Shown: in pieces, positions 9,475 to 19,308 of the stretch
Position numbering within the stretch: the stretch's first letter is position 1
Layout: each line of letters opens with the position of its first letter
Position numbers and translations under genes: made by a program
Source: Erysipelotrichaceae bacterium MTC7
GTDB taxonomy: Bacteria > Bacillota_I > Bacilli_A > Erysipelotrichales > Erysipelotrichaceae
DNA length: 32,000 bases
Direction of reading: 5' to 3'
NCBI GenBank assembly: GCA_001695645.1
Contig: LVZN01000012.1
Location: 30,001 to 62,000, forward strand
Notes under the pieces: model-generated
The model's database searches: none
What the model saw: only the letters and a program-made list of their open reading frames with translations
What the model was told of the DNA's origin: nothing

Positions 9475-12400
9475 ATGATAAAATCGTTACACAAAAAAGT
9501 TTTTTGTCTATTCATGTGTACCTTAATGTTATTGAGTATGTTGCAACCAACGAACTATACCTTATTGGCACCAGAGACTAATGATGAGACAAATGAACAA
9601 GTACCTGCAGGGACATTTGATAATGAAATTGTAGGGGAAACATTGCAAGATTTTGATGCAATTCATGGGGGAGTTGAACAATCAGATGAACACTTAATAC
9701 TAAGCAATAGTGGGGGAGACAACTTTGCTATGTATAGTTCTGAGCAAACGTACAAAAGTTTTATCTATCAAGCAGATATTGAATTGCTTGAAGGTAGAAG
9801 TGCAGCTTTATTGATTGGTGTAGAAAATAAAGAAAATCCATCATCTCAAGTTTGGTATGGAGCCAATTTTGACGTTGAAGAAAATGAAAATTGCGCACGA
9901 TTATTTCGTGTAAATGGAGATCATCCAGGGAATGTTTTTGCTGTAGCTAAAGATGATACAAACGTTGATTTCTCACAAAAGTTGCGTTTGACTATTGAAA
10001 TTATGGAAGACGGTCAATTTGTTTATCAGCTAAAAAATACAGATGTTGAAGACAGTGGCTTTACACGCTCTGGATATGTTGATGGCTGGACTGGAGGTTC
10101 CATTGGGTTGTTGACATTTTGTAGTAAGGCAAAGTTTTCAAATATAACCTTACTTGATACATCCATAAATAACACGCAAGATCTTTTGCATACTAATGCT
10201 GGAAGCATCACAACGACAAGTGGTGCGTTTGCCATTGACAACAATGGACTACATTCCAATAATGAAGGAGATTCCTTTGCATTAATGGAGACCGCATATG
10301 AGGACTTCGTATATACAACGGATGTTAAATTTAACGAACGTAAAAATTCTTGTGCATCAATTGTATTTCGTGCAAGTGATGACTTAAATCAAAAAAATAT
10401 GTATGTAGCGAATCTGAATGGTGAAACTGGAGAAGTTCGACTGTTTAAATTCCAAAACAATGCAGCACTTGATTTAGTTGATTCACAAACCATTTCTCTT
10501 ACAGATAGTAATGAATACCATTTTAAAGTAACAGCAATTGGGAAACACTTTGTTTTCCATGTGAATGGTGAGCTAGCTTTAAATAGTGCAGATTATACAA
10601 TGGGAGGTATAAAAGGGCAAAACGATGCTTTTTACGCTGGATATGTTGGTGTGTTGACCTGGAATGGAAATGTTTCCTATCAAAACATTAATGTTTCACC
10701 TCTTACAGATGAAAACAATCCACAACTAAATGCGTTAACGCTGAATCAGACAAAACTGAACGAGAATGTAGTTAAAGATTTTGTCTTTCAAGAAGATCAG
10801 TACATTTATATTGGGTATGTGAAACATACGGCATCAAGCATCGATGTTACAGCTTCATTAAAAAGTGAACATACAAAGCTTGTTATAACAAATGAAGCAA
10901 ATGAAGAAGTGAATCTTGATAATTTACCATTACATGTTGGTAAAAATATTTATACAATTACAGCAAAAAATGGAACAGCTACAGTAGTATACCGTATGCT
11001 TATCCATCGTATGCAACCAGAAGAAACGCTATATAACGAGGACTATCGCGGGCAATATCACTATTCCGTGCAAGATGGATGGGCAAACGATCCAAATGGA
11101 ATGGTATATTACAATGGAACCTATCATTTGTTTTATCAATTTTATAACGATACCGTTTGGGGTCCAATGCATTGGGCACATGCCACAAGTACAGATTTGA
11201 TTCACTGGGAGGAGCAACCAATTGAATTTTATCCAGATGAGTATGGAACGATGTTCTCAGGTTGTGCCGTAGTTGATGCGAATAACGATTCGGGTTTATT
11301 TGAAGGAAATGAAGGAGGAATTGTTGCCTTAATTACCACTGATGGGAATGGACAGCGAATTATTGGAGCATATAGTCAAGATGGAGTAAATTGGAAAAAG
11401 ACTGATAATGTATTGATTGACTGGACAGAGGATGCACTACAATCTGATGCATTTAGAGATCCTAAAGTATTTCGTTATGAAAACAAATGGTTTATGGTCA
11501 TTGCCGGAGGACCGTTACGTATCTACTCTTCCGATAATTTATTGGATTGGAAAGTAGAATCGACATATGCGAATCTTCATACCGAATGTCCTGACTTATA
11601 TCCACTTGAAGTTTATGAAAATGGGCAGAAAACAAACGAAATAAAATGGGTTCTTGATCGTGGAGGACGTCAATATAAAATTGGTGATTTCAAGGAAGTC
11701 GATGGACATTGGTCATTTGTGCCTGATTCTGCCTATGCAAGCAATGACCATAACGGTATGGGAGGCATCGAAAATGATGGAATTATGAATTTTGGAAAAG
11801 ATTCATATGCAGCTATGACCTACTATATTGATGATTTTGGGACATCAGCAAACTTAAATCCACAAAGAATCATTGCGATTAATTGGATGAATACATGGGA
11901 TGATTATTGTAATAAAGTTGCTGACATCTCAGGTGTTGATACCTTTAATGGAACATTTAATTTACAACTTGAACTGTCAGTTGTCAAAGATAAAAATGGT
12001 CGATATGCATTAAAACAAACACCAATCAAAGAATATGAAGATTTACGAGATGAAGCATTGAGCTTAACAAATGAAACAATAGCAAACGAAAATCAATTGC
12101 TTTCTGACTTTGTTGGTGACTCTTATGAAATTGTGGCTAACGTTAGACCAAATGTAGAAACAAAAGAAGTTGGCTTTAAAGTTCGTGTTGGTGAAGATGA
12201 AGAAACCATTGTTTTCTATAATTTTGAAACTCAAACGGTTGGAATCAATCGTGCAAACTCTGGATTAATCCCACCAAATTCAAATGTATTTACCAATGTA
12301 GACCAACAATATGTTACGACAATTGAAGATGGTTCAGTCGATTTGCACATCTTTGTTGATCGCGCAAGTGTTGAGGTTTTCACAAAGAATGACACAGTCA

Positions 12401-14793
12401 CAGGAGCGAATCAAATCTTTGCCAATCCATTGAGTTTGGGTCTAGAAGTGTACAGCATTGGTGAAGCACCAAAGGCGGACATTACCATTTATAATTTGGC
12501 GTCGATATGGACGAACAAAGTTAACACAACAGATCCTGTAAGCGTTGGTGTATCCAAAGCAAGTCAAACCCTTTATGTTGGCGAAAGTTTTGAATTGAGA
12601 AGTTGGGTAAGCCCAGTAACTGCAAGCCAAGATGTCATTTATGAATATGATGACACATATTTGGAAATGAATGAGATAGCAGCGAACAAAAAGACGTTTG
12701 TGGCCAAACAAACAGGTCAAACAACCATTACCGTGCGCAGTGCAAATAATCCAGAGGTAAAAAAGGAATGTGTTGTCCAAATCTTTGAAGATAATTTTAA
12801 AACAAACTTAACGAATTATAGCTCAGTCAGCGGAAATTGGTATGTCGATGGGGAACTTATGATTGGTTCAAGTAACGACAATGCCTTTACCTTTGCAAAG
12901 GAGCGCATTGCAGGGGACTTCACCTATGAATTTGACCTTGTCTATACAGAAGGAATCGTTAATGCAATCTTTGCATCACAGGATACAAATGTGTGGAATG
13001 GATGTTATGCATTACAAATTCGCGAACAACAATTACGACTGTTTGACTTTAAAAATGATAAAACAATTGCTACGGCAACAACAAATGACAATAGAAATAG
13101 GACATTACATTTTGCAATACAAAGAACGGGAAATATACTTACCGTATTTGCAGATGACACACAAGTTCTTGAAGTGGATGTAGAACAAAGTGATGTTCCA
13201 TTATATACAGGCGGGTTGTTCGGTTTAGGAATCTATAATACAACAGCAAAATTTGCAAATGTATTCGTTAGCACAAGTAGTATGGCAACTGCAATTGTCG
13301 AAGATATTCAACCAGTATACTTGATTGAAAACTCTACCATTGAACAAATGTTACAATTGTTACCAGAAAGTGTCTCAGTGATTGGAGAAGATGGTATAAT
13401 CAAGCAACAAAAGGAAAGTATAACTTGGGATGTTGCATCTGTTGATTTGACAACTCCAAGTACCTACACAATCGTAGGTACAAGTTCATCAAACCTTACA
13501 ATTGAGGTACGTGTTGAGATAACTGTTAATATTGAAGTATTAAAAGAGGCACTAAAATCGGTTCTTGATAAAGCAAATAGCTTAGATATAAACGATTATG
13601 ATGCAATCGAATTTACTTGGTTTACCTTCGAAGTTGATGCAGCACAAGCTGTATATGACAATACAGAAGCAACAGCCCAAGAAATACAAGATGCAACATT
13701 ACAATTACAAACAGCGATGGATCAGTTAGTTAAAAAGTCACCAGTAGAAGTTGATAAAACATTACTGCAGCAAGCTCTAGCGTACGTGCGCATGTATATC
13801 GAAAATGGAACGGTTGATACACTTATTGATCAAGCAAAAAGGACGATTAATGAAGCATATGAAAATGGATTGACAATTTTTGAAAATGAACAAGCAACGC
13901 AAGCAGAGGTGGATGCGGCTTATCAAGAAATCATTCGTGCAACAGCATATCTTAACTTCGTTAACGGGGATACAACAAACCTAACAAGATTATATGAGAA
14001 TATGTTACTTGTCGATACAACACTATACTATGCTACGGGTGTTGACGCATTTAACTCTATCTTACAAGAAGTAGGGGTGCTTCTTGACACACCGGGAGGA
14101 CTACTGGTTGCGGAAGTTGAGCAAGCAACCGATCAGTTAATGAATGCGTATCGTGCAATGATTCGAAAGGCGGACAAGTCCTTGTTGGAAACGCTTATTG
14201 GGATAGCAAAAGGAAAACAAGCGCAAGAAACTTACTATGAATCTGCTAGCTATGAATCACTTATGAGTGAGCTTGCTTTAGCGATAGTTGTATATGATGA
14301 CAGTGAGGCTAGTGCACAAGAGATTCAAGAACGTATCGATGGACTAAACCAAGCATTGCTTGCACTGCGCTTGAAAGTTGATCGTGCCTACCTTAGTGCG
14401 CAGATTGCACTAATCAAAAAAATGGACATGACGCTGTACACCGGAAATTCAGTTCTTGTATTCATGGATAACGTACGTGAAATTGAAGCTTTCTTATTGA
14501 CACCAGACCAAGGTATGGAAATAGAAAAAGAAGTCTTATTGTCATATGCAATGCAACTGCAAGATGCAAAAGACAAACTGGAGTTAAAGGAACCAAAACC
14601 AAATACACCAGATGCAAATGACAACATGAAAGATAAACCAAGTAATTTGGATAAACTACCAGCACTTGACAGTCATAGCAAAAAACAAGCAGGAGTAGCA
14701 ACTGCTGATACTACAAATGCGCGAGCATTCTTACTGTTGTGTATAGCAGGAGGAATCATTATTTTACGAAGAGTCAAACGTAAAAAAATCTAA
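9475..14793 (+). CDS. Secreted, wall-anchored GH32 beta-fructosidase (FruA/levanase-inulinase type), multidomain, 1772 aa
   Basis: ORF opens with GTG at 9448, but SD aaggagg (9463-9469) serves the ATG at 9475, giving MIKSLHKKVFCLFMCTLMLL (signal peptide). GH32 catalytic triad motifs: WANDPNGMVYYNGTYHLFYQFY, FRDPKVF, ECPDLYPLE. It is flanked by concanavalin/LamG-like (DUF1080-like) modules, a Big_2-like domain and helical FIVAR-like repeats. C-terminus: VATAD, hydrophobic helix, RRVKRKKI. Confidence 0.9.
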   Translation: MIKSLHKKVFCLFMCTLMLLSMLQPTNYTLLAPETNDETNEQVPAGTFDNEIVGETLQDFDAIHGGVEQSDEHLILSNSGGDNFAMYSSEQTYKSFIYQADIELLEGRSAALLIGVENKENPSSQVWYGANFDVEENENCARLFRVNGDHPGNVFAVAKDDTNVDFSQKLRLTIEIMEDGQFVYQLKNTDVEDSGFTRSGYVDGWTGGSIGLLTFCSKAKFSNITLLDTSINNTQDLLHTNAGSITTTSGAFAIDNNGLHSNNEGDSFALMETAYEDFVYTTDVKFNERKNSCASIVFRASDDLNQKNMYVANLNGETGEVRLFKFQNNAALDLVDSQTISLTDSNEYHFKVTAIGKHFVFHVNGELALNSADYTMGGIKGQNDAFYAGYVGVLTWNGNVSYQNINVSPLTDENNPQLNALTLNQTKLNENVVKDFVFQEDQYIYIGYVKHTASSIDVTASLKSEHTKLVITNEANEEVNLDNLPLHVGKNIYTITAKNGTATVVYRMLIHRMQPEETLYNEDYRGQYHYSVQDGWANDPNGMVYYNGTYHLFYQFYNDTVWGPMHWAHATSTDLIHWEEQPIEFYPDEYGTMFSGCAVVDANNDSGLFEGNEGGIVALITTDGNGQRIIGAYSQDGVNWKKTDNVLIDWTEDALQSDAFRDPKVFRYENKWFMVIAGGPLRIYSSDNLLDWKVESTYANLHTECPDLYPLEVYENGQKTNEIKWVLDRGGRQYKIGDFKEVDGHWSFVPDSAYASNDHNGMGGIENDGIMNFGKDSYAAMTYYIDDFGTSANLNPQRIIAINWMNTWDDYCNKVADISGVDTFNGTFNLQLELSVVKDKNGRYALKQTPIKEYEDLRDEALSLTNETIANENQLLSDFVGDSYEIVANVRPNVETKEVGFKVRVGEDEETIVFYNFETQTVGINRANSGLIPPNSNVFTNVDQQYVTTIEDGSVDLHIFVDRASVEVFTKNDTVTGANQIFANPLSLGLEVYSIGEAPKADITIYNLASIWTNKVNTTDPVSVGVSKASQTLYVGESFELRSWVSPVTASQDVIYEYDDTYLEMNEIAANKKTFVAKQTGQTTITVRSANNPEVKKECVVQIFEDNFKTNLTNYSSVSGNWYVDGELMIGSSNDNAFTFAKERIAGDFTYEFDLVYTEGIVNAIFASQDTNVWNGCYALQIREQQLRLFDFKNDKTIATATTNDNRNRTLHFAIQRTGNILTVFADDTQVLEVDVEQSDVPLYTGGLFGLGIYNTTAKFANVFVSTSSMATAIVEDIQPVYLIENSTIEQMLQLLPESVSVIGEDGIIKQQKESITWDVASVDLTTPSTYTIVGTSSSNLTIEVRVEITVNIEVLKEALKSVLDKANSLDINDYDAIEFTWFTFEVDAAQAVYDNTEATAQEIQDATLQLQTAMDQLVKKSPVEVDKTLLQQALAYVRMYIENGTVDTLIDQAKRTINEAYENGLTIFENEQATQAEVDAAYQEIIRATAYLNFVNGDTTNLTRLYENMLLVDTTLYYATGVDAFNSILQEVGVLLDTPGGLLVAEVEQATDQLMNAYRAMIRKADKSLLETLIGIAKGKQAQETYYESASYESLMSELALAIVVYDDSEASAQEIQERIDGLNQALLALRLKVDRAYLSAQIALIKKMDMTLYTGNSVLVFMDNVREIEAFLLTPDQGMEIEKEVLLSYAMQLQDAKDKLELKEPKPNTPDANDNMKDKPSNLDKLPALDSHSKKQAGVATADTTNARAFLLLCIAGGIIILRRVKRKKI

Positions 14794-14804
14794 TTATACA
14801 AAGA

Positions 14805-14833
14805 TGGAGTTTCGCTATAGAAATTCCATTTTT
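14805..14833 (+). terminator. Rho-independent terminator after the GH32 gene
   Basis: 9-bp stem tggagtttc/gaaattcca (one G-U), 6-nt loop, then tttttgttt. Confidence 0.75.
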
Positions 14834-14901
14834 GTTTACAAAACGAACATCATATTTTGCTAATTAGATTTGCACTACCGACTAAAACATAAGAGGTGGA
14901 T

Positions 14902-14961
14902 ATGAATAAACAAAGGTGTAAATGGGTAAACTTACAAAATCCACGCTATATCCTTTTTTAA
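14902..14961 (+). pseudogene. Relic 5' fragment (19 codons) of a DNA-3-methyladenine glycosylase I (tag) gene
   Basis: SD aagaggtgg, then ATG, encoding MNKQRCKWVNLQNPRYILF*. This aligns with the N-terminus of the intact Tag at 19309 (MGLNKKRCRWVNLNNENYVKYHD) and with the E. coli Tag N-terminus as I recall it (RCGWV..DPLYIAYHD). The frame ends after 19 codons. Confidence 0.6.
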
Positions 14962-14962
14962 T

Positions 14963-14977
14963 GAAAACGCTATAATT
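14963..14977 (+). promoter_or_regulatory. cre-like site overlapping a TATAAT box upstream of the RpiR-family gene
   Basis: tgaaaacgctataa matches the cre consensus at 13/14 positions. tataat lies at 14972-14977. No good -35 was seen. Confidence 0.35.
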
Positions 14978-15023
14978 CGTGCAACATCAACATATTTGGC
15001 TTATAATTAAGTTAGAGGGTCAT

Positions 15024-15746
15024 ATGAATATAAATAAAACGAATTTAAACGATACAGAAAATTTAATCATGAATACCATTTGGAAGTATATCGAACAAAA
15101 TGAAAAGGTAAATGTTGTAAAAATTGCTGAAGAGTGTTTCGTTTCAAAAGCCACGGTTATCAAATTAAGTAAAAAACTTGGATATAGCGGATATAGTGAA
15201 ATGTATTACATGATGCTTGCAAGCAAGAAAAATCAATATTCACCTGAAGTGTTTGAGATTTCATCGCTTGAGAAGGATGGGTCTAGTTCGCAGTACATTC
15301 CAAATGTTGCTGAATTATTGCACTATTATCGAAATGATAAAATATTGGTAGATTCCTTAGGATATGTAGATGCTGCTAGAGATTATATTATTCAAAAATT
15401 ACTCGTTTTTAATTTTAATGCTAATTTTTGTTATCACTATGAAGCATTTGCCAACACAACTTTTAAAAAGGGATTATTTATTGTAATGTCAAATTCGGGA
15501 GCAAGAGGAGAAATTCTTGAACGAATACGTGAAGCAAAGGAAAATGGATTTAATGTTCTTGTTTTTAGTTCAGACTTAAACTCACCAGCTGGAAAACTTG
15601 CACATACAAGTATTCAGATTGATTCAATTAAAAGTACGAAAGATCATTACCAGGCGGATTTCTTTACAGCGAAGATTATTGTATTCTTTGAAATGGTCCT
15701 TGAGGAATATTCGAAAACATTCTGGGATAAATCAAATGAGAAATAA
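15024..15746 (+). CDS. RpiR/MurR-family transcriptional regulator (HTH_6 + SIS domain), GlvR-like, 240 aa
   Basis: ORF opens at 14979 (GTG), but SD agaggg precedes the ATG at 15024. N-terminal HTH VKIAEECFVSKATVIKLSKKLGYSGYSEM and a C-terminal SIS-like fold (FIVMSNSGARGEI...VLVFSS). It lies directly upstream of an alpha-glucoside PTS operon. Confidence 0.85.
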   Translation: MNINKTNLNDTENLIMNTIWKYIEQNEKVNVVKIAEECFVSKATVIKLSKKLGYSGYSEMYYMMLASKKNQYSPEVFEISSLEKDGSSSQYIPNVAELLHYYRNDKILVDSLGYVDAARDYIIQKLLVFNFNANFCYHYEAFANTTFKKGLFIVMSNSGARGEILERIREAKENGFNVLVFSSDLNSPAGKLAHTSIQIDSIKSTKDHYQADFFTAKIIVFFEMVLEEYSKTFWDKSNEK

Positions 15747-15747
15747 A

Positions 15748-15773
15748 GTCATCTATCGAAAGATGGCTTTTTT
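15748..15773 (+). terminator. Rho-independent terminator after the regulator gene
   Basis: 7-bp stem gtcatct/agatggc (one G-U), loop atcgaa, T6 run. Confidence 0.7.
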
Positions 15774-15824
15774 AGTAACTTTTGTCACAATGTGGTGACC
15801 TTTTTCACCATCCAACGTAAATAC

Positions 15825-15853
15825 TTGTATCAAGGATTTCATCTCGCTATACT
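15825..15853 (+). promoter_or_regulatory. Sigma-A-type promoter of the PTS/GH4 operon
   Basis: ttgtat (-35), 17-nt spacer, tatact (-10), about 60 nt upstream of SD aaggag. Confidence 0.5.
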
Positions 15854-15916
15854 TTGTTTGTACAAGGGTCGACACGTTGTATATCATAAAGGGAATTTAA
15901 AAAGGAGAACAAGACA

Positions 15917-17452
15917 ATGAAAGAAAAGCTTATCAAGTTAATGAATAAGTTCTCTAGATCTATGACAGGTATAGTAATGTTCTTGGCGATTATGGGAACT
16001 GTTATAGCTTTAGCAACAATTATGAAATTAGAGTTTATGCCTGAACCAATCGTGGCATTTGGAGGACTTATTTCATCTATGATGGATGCAATGCTAAATA
16101 ACTTATCGTTAATCTTCTGTGTAGGATTAACAACAACAATGGCAAAAAATAAGAAGGTGGATGCTGCACTGGTTGCAACTATTTCATATTTAATGTTTCT
16201 TGCTGTAAACAACGCTTGGTTAACAAGTCAGGGAATGTTAGCTGAACCAGGAGAAATGGGTTTATTTGGGACAGGACAAGCAATTGTTTTAGGATTTCAA
16301 GTAAGTGATATGGGTGTGTTCTTAGGGATGATCCTAGGATGTATTACTGCATTCGTATTCAATAAATTTGCAAATGTTGAATTTAGTGACATGTTTAAAA
16401 TCTACGGTGGATCACGTTTAGCATTCGCAGTTATGATTCCTGTTGTGTTAGTTCTTGGAGTTGGAGTTACTTATATTTGGCCAACTGTAAACGATGGAAT
16501 TGATGCAACTACAGAATTTATGAAAGATGCAGGACCTGGAGGAGTATTTGCATACGCATTTGGAAATCGTTTCTTGATTCCTACAGGATTACACCACATG
16601 TTATGGATGCCTTTCTGTTTCACTGGTTTTGGTGGAGTAACTGAAATTGCTGGAAATGCATACTCCGGAGCTGCAAACATCTTCTATGCGGAAATGGCAA
16701 ACCCAGGAGCAATTAGTGCAATTCATGAATCTGTTCGTTTCGCTACATTTGGATTTGCAAAAGCATTTGGAGTACTTGGAGCATTCTTAGCATTCATAAA
16801 AACCGCGAAGCCAGAACGTCGCAAACAAGTTATTAGTATGTTATTACCAAGTGTGTTCGTTGCAATGGTTGCGGGTATTACAGAACCATTTGACTTCATG
16901 TTCTTATTTGCATCACCACTATTATGGTTGGTACACGGACTATTAACTGGATTATTTGAAATGTTACTTTGGTTACTTGGATCAAGAACATACATGATTT
17001 ATGGTTTATTAGATATGGTAATTTGTAACTTACCTTTACCAATTGAACTTACAAAGATTCACATCTTCTTTATCGTTGGAATTATTGCAGTCATTGTATG
17101 GTTTATTGTATTCCAATTCATGATTAAGAAAATGGATTTAAAAACACCAGGACGTGAACTTGTAATGGCAGGCGGTGCTAATGAAGGACAAATTGGAAAT
17201 AGTGATTGGGATGCAGACATTCAAGTATTCGTACAAGCAGTGGGTGGAGTCGACAATATCGAAAGTATCGAAAATTGTTTTACTAGATTACGTATTGATG
17301 TTAAAGACGTCTCAAAAGTAGATGAAAAAATTATTGAGCAAACACAAGCAAAGGGATCAGTTGTGAAGGGTAATAATGTTCAAATTATTATCGGAATGAA
17401 AGTACAGGAAGTTTGCGAAGCATTTAAAGCAAGTGTAAACTGGGAGGAATAA
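15917..17452 (+). CDS. PTS alpha-glucoside/maltose-family transporter EIICB (GlvC/MalP-like), 511 aa
   Basis: EIIC motifs GNRFLIPTGLHHMLW and ITEPFDFMFLF. C-terminal EIIB with canonical IENCFTRLRIDV. Operon context with the GH4 enzyme. Confidence 0.9.
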   Translation: MKEKLIKLMNKFSRSMTGIVMFLAIMGTVIALATIMKLEFMPEPIVAFGGLISSMMDAMLNNLSLIFCVGLTTTMAKNKKVDAALVATISYLMFLAVNNAWLTSQGMLAEPGEMGLFGTGQAIVLGFQVSDMGVFLGMILGCITAFVFNKFANVEFSDMFKIYGGSRLAFAVMIPVVLVLGVGVTYIWPTVNDGIDATTEFMKDAGPGGVFAYAFGNRFLIPTGLHHMLWMPFCFTGFGGVTEIAGNAYSGAANIFYAEMANPGAISAIHESVRFATFGFAKAFGVLGAFLAFIKTAKPERRKQVISMLLPSVFVAMVAGITEPFDFMFLFASPLLWLVHGLLTGLFEMLLWLLGSRTYMIYGLLDMVICNLPLPIELTKIHIFFIVGIIAVIVWFIVFQFMIKKMDLKTPGRELVMAGGANEGQIGNSDWDADIQVFVQAVGGVDNIESIENCFTRLRIDVKDVSKVDEKIIEQTQAKGSVVKGNNVQIIIGMKVQEVCEAFKASVNWEE

Positions 17453-17453
17453 A

Positions 17454-18788
17454 ATGAAAAAGTACACAATTTGTATCGTTGGTGGAGGTAGTCGGTATAC
17501 ACCAGATATGCTTACTATGTTATGTAACCAAAAAGAACGTTTTCCATTAGAGAAAATTGTATTTTATGATAATGAAGCAGAGCGACAAGAACTAGTCGGA
17601 AAATATGCTGAAATACTATTTAATGAATACTATCCTGGAGTTGAAGTTGTATATACGACAGAACCAGAAGAGGCATATACAGATATCGACTTTGCATTGA
17701 TGCAAATTCGTGCTGGTCGATTAGAGATGCGCGCATCAGATGAAAAGATTGCAATTAAACATGGTTGTCTAGGACAAGAAACATGTGGAGCAGGTGGTTT
17801 TGCTTATGGGATGCGTAGTGTTCCTGCGGTAATTGATATTATTAAAGACATTCGTAAATATTCTCCAGAAGCTTGGATTTTAAATTATTCGAATCCAGCA
17901 GCGATCGTAGCACAAGCTACAGAAAAAGTGTTTCCAGAAGATCACCGCATTATTAATATTTGTGATATGCCAATTGCAATCATGGATATGTATGCAAATG
18001 TTCTTGGTAAAAAGCGTAAAGATTTCGAACCTCGTTATTTTGGATTAAATCACTTTGGGTGGTTTACAAATATCTATGATGTAGAAACTGGTCATGATTA
18101 TCTTCCAGAGTTACGTAATATTCTAAATACACCAAATGAATTCAAAACAGAGAAACTATTTGAGGAACCATCATGGAAAGCTACATTTGACTTTATGAGT
18201 TCAATGATAAGTGATTATGATGAATATTTACCAAATACATATTTGCAATATTACCTATATCCACAAAAAATGTTTAAAAAGCAAGACATCAATCATACAA
18301 GAGCTGATGAGGTTATGGAAGGTAATGAAAAAGAAGTATATGAAATGCTTGAAGCAGTTATCAAACTTGGAAAAATCAAAGGAACTGCATATGAACCAGA
18401 AGAAAATGCGGGATGTCATGCGGAGTATATTGTAGATTTAGCAACTGCTTTAGCAAATAATACCAATGAAATTTTCTTAATTATGACAAAAAATAATGGT
18501 ACGTGTTCAAACTTAGATCCAGATATGATGGTTGAAGTACCTTGTCGAGTTGGAACTAATGGAGTTGAAGCGATTAGTGTTGGGGAAATTCCAACTTTTT
18601 ACAAAGGACTTATCGAGAACCAACATGCGTATGAAAAACTAACAGCAGAAGCTGCACTTGAAGGTAACTATATGAAAGCATTAAAGGCGCTAGTATTAAA
18701 CCGTACTGTAGTAAATACAGATGTGGCAAAAGCATTACTTGATGACTACATTGAAGCTAATAAAGGTTACTGGACTGAGCTAAAATAA
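17454..18788 (+). CDS. glvA: GH4 6-phospho-alpha-glucosidase (NAD+/Mn2+-dependent; GlvA/MalH type), 444 aa
   Basis: N-terminal Rossmann ICIVGGGSRYTP. Matches remembered B. subtilis GlvA blocks: GQETCGAGGFAYGMRS, LNYSNPAAIVA, NICDMP, GLNHFGWF, LPNTYLQYYLYP, HTRADEVMEG. It clearly resembles GlvA more than the beta-specific LicH/CelF. Confidence 0.88.
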   Translation: MKKYTICIVGGGSRYTPDMLTMLCNQKERFPLEKIVFYDNEAERQELVGKYAEILFNEYYPGVEVVYTTEPEEAYTDIDFALMQIRAGRLEMRASDEKIAIKHGCLGQETCGAGGFAYGMRSVPAVIDIIKDIRKYSPEAWILNYSNPAAIVAQATEKVFPEDHRIINICDMPIAIMDMYANVLGKKRKDFEPRYFGLNHFGWFTNIYDVETGHDYLPELRNILNTPNEFKTEKLFEEPSWKATFDFMSSMISDYDEYLPNTYLQYYLYPQKMFKKQDINHTRADEVMEGNEKEVYEMLEAVIKLGKIKGTAYEPEENAGCHAEYIVDLATALANNTNEIFLIMTKNNGTCSNLDPDMMVEVPCRVGTNGVEAISVGEIPTFYKGLIENQHAYEKLTAEAALEGNYMKALKALVLNRTVVNTDVAKALLDDYIEANKGYWTELK

Positions 18789-19246
18789 TGGGACTCTTTA
18801 AAAAGAAACAAGTATTTTGTGCACCTTGTTCAGGAAGCATAATTCCATTATGTGAAGTTAGTGATGTAGTATTTGCAAGTGAAACCTTAGGACCTGGTTT
18901 TGCGATTATTCCAAGTATTGGTGAACTTTATGCACCTAAGAATGGAGTAATTTCAGCTATCTTTCCTACAAAACATGCAGTAGGAATGACTTTCGAAGAT
19001 GGAAGTGAAGTGTTATTCCATATCGGGATTGATACAGTCAATCTACAAGGAGAAGGATTTTCCACTTTCGTTAATAGCGGAGATAAAGTAAAGCAAGGAA
19101 GTAAATTAGTAGATTTTGATTTACCTTTTCTTGAAAGTAAGTCAATTGATTCCACAGTGATGGTTGTATTCACTAAACACAAAGAAGTCTCAATAGAACC
19201 AAAAACGGTTCAGGCAAATGAGGTTTTGGATATTACATGTGAGTAA
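18788..19246 (+). CDS. PTS EIIA (glucose-family, Crr-like), 152 aa
   Basis: The start overlaps the glvA stop by 1 nt (taATGg). Motifs KHAVGM...LFHIGIDTVNLQGEGF are typical of EIIA-Glc, with its two active-site His. Confidence 0.9.
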   Translation: MGLFKKKQVFCAPCSGSIIPLCEVSDVVFASETLGPGFAIIPSIGELYAPKNGVISAIFPTKHAVGMTFEDGSEVLFHIGIDTVNLQGEGFSTFVNSGDKVKQGSKLVDFDLPFLESKSIDSTVMVVFTKHKEVSIEPKTVQANEVLDITCE

Positions 19247-19250
19247 AATG

Positions 19251-19277
19251 GAAAAGGACAGAGTCCTTTTCTTTATA
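19251..19277 (+). terminator. Rho-independent terminator closing the PTS/GH4 operon
   Basis: Perfect 9-bp stem gaaaaggac/gtccttttc, 3-nt loop, then tttatat. Confidence 0.8.
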
Positions 19278-19308
19278 TAAATCGCCGTATTTATGGTAAA
19301 GTACAGTT

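Noticed and set aside
15784-15890. Short palindromes (gtcac-N6-gtgac at 15784-15799; tgtaca and gtcgac after the -10 box) as RpiR operators
   Set aside because: The arms are only 5-6 bp, which is expected by chance in this much AT-rich sequence. No consensus for GlvR-type operators is known to me for comparison.
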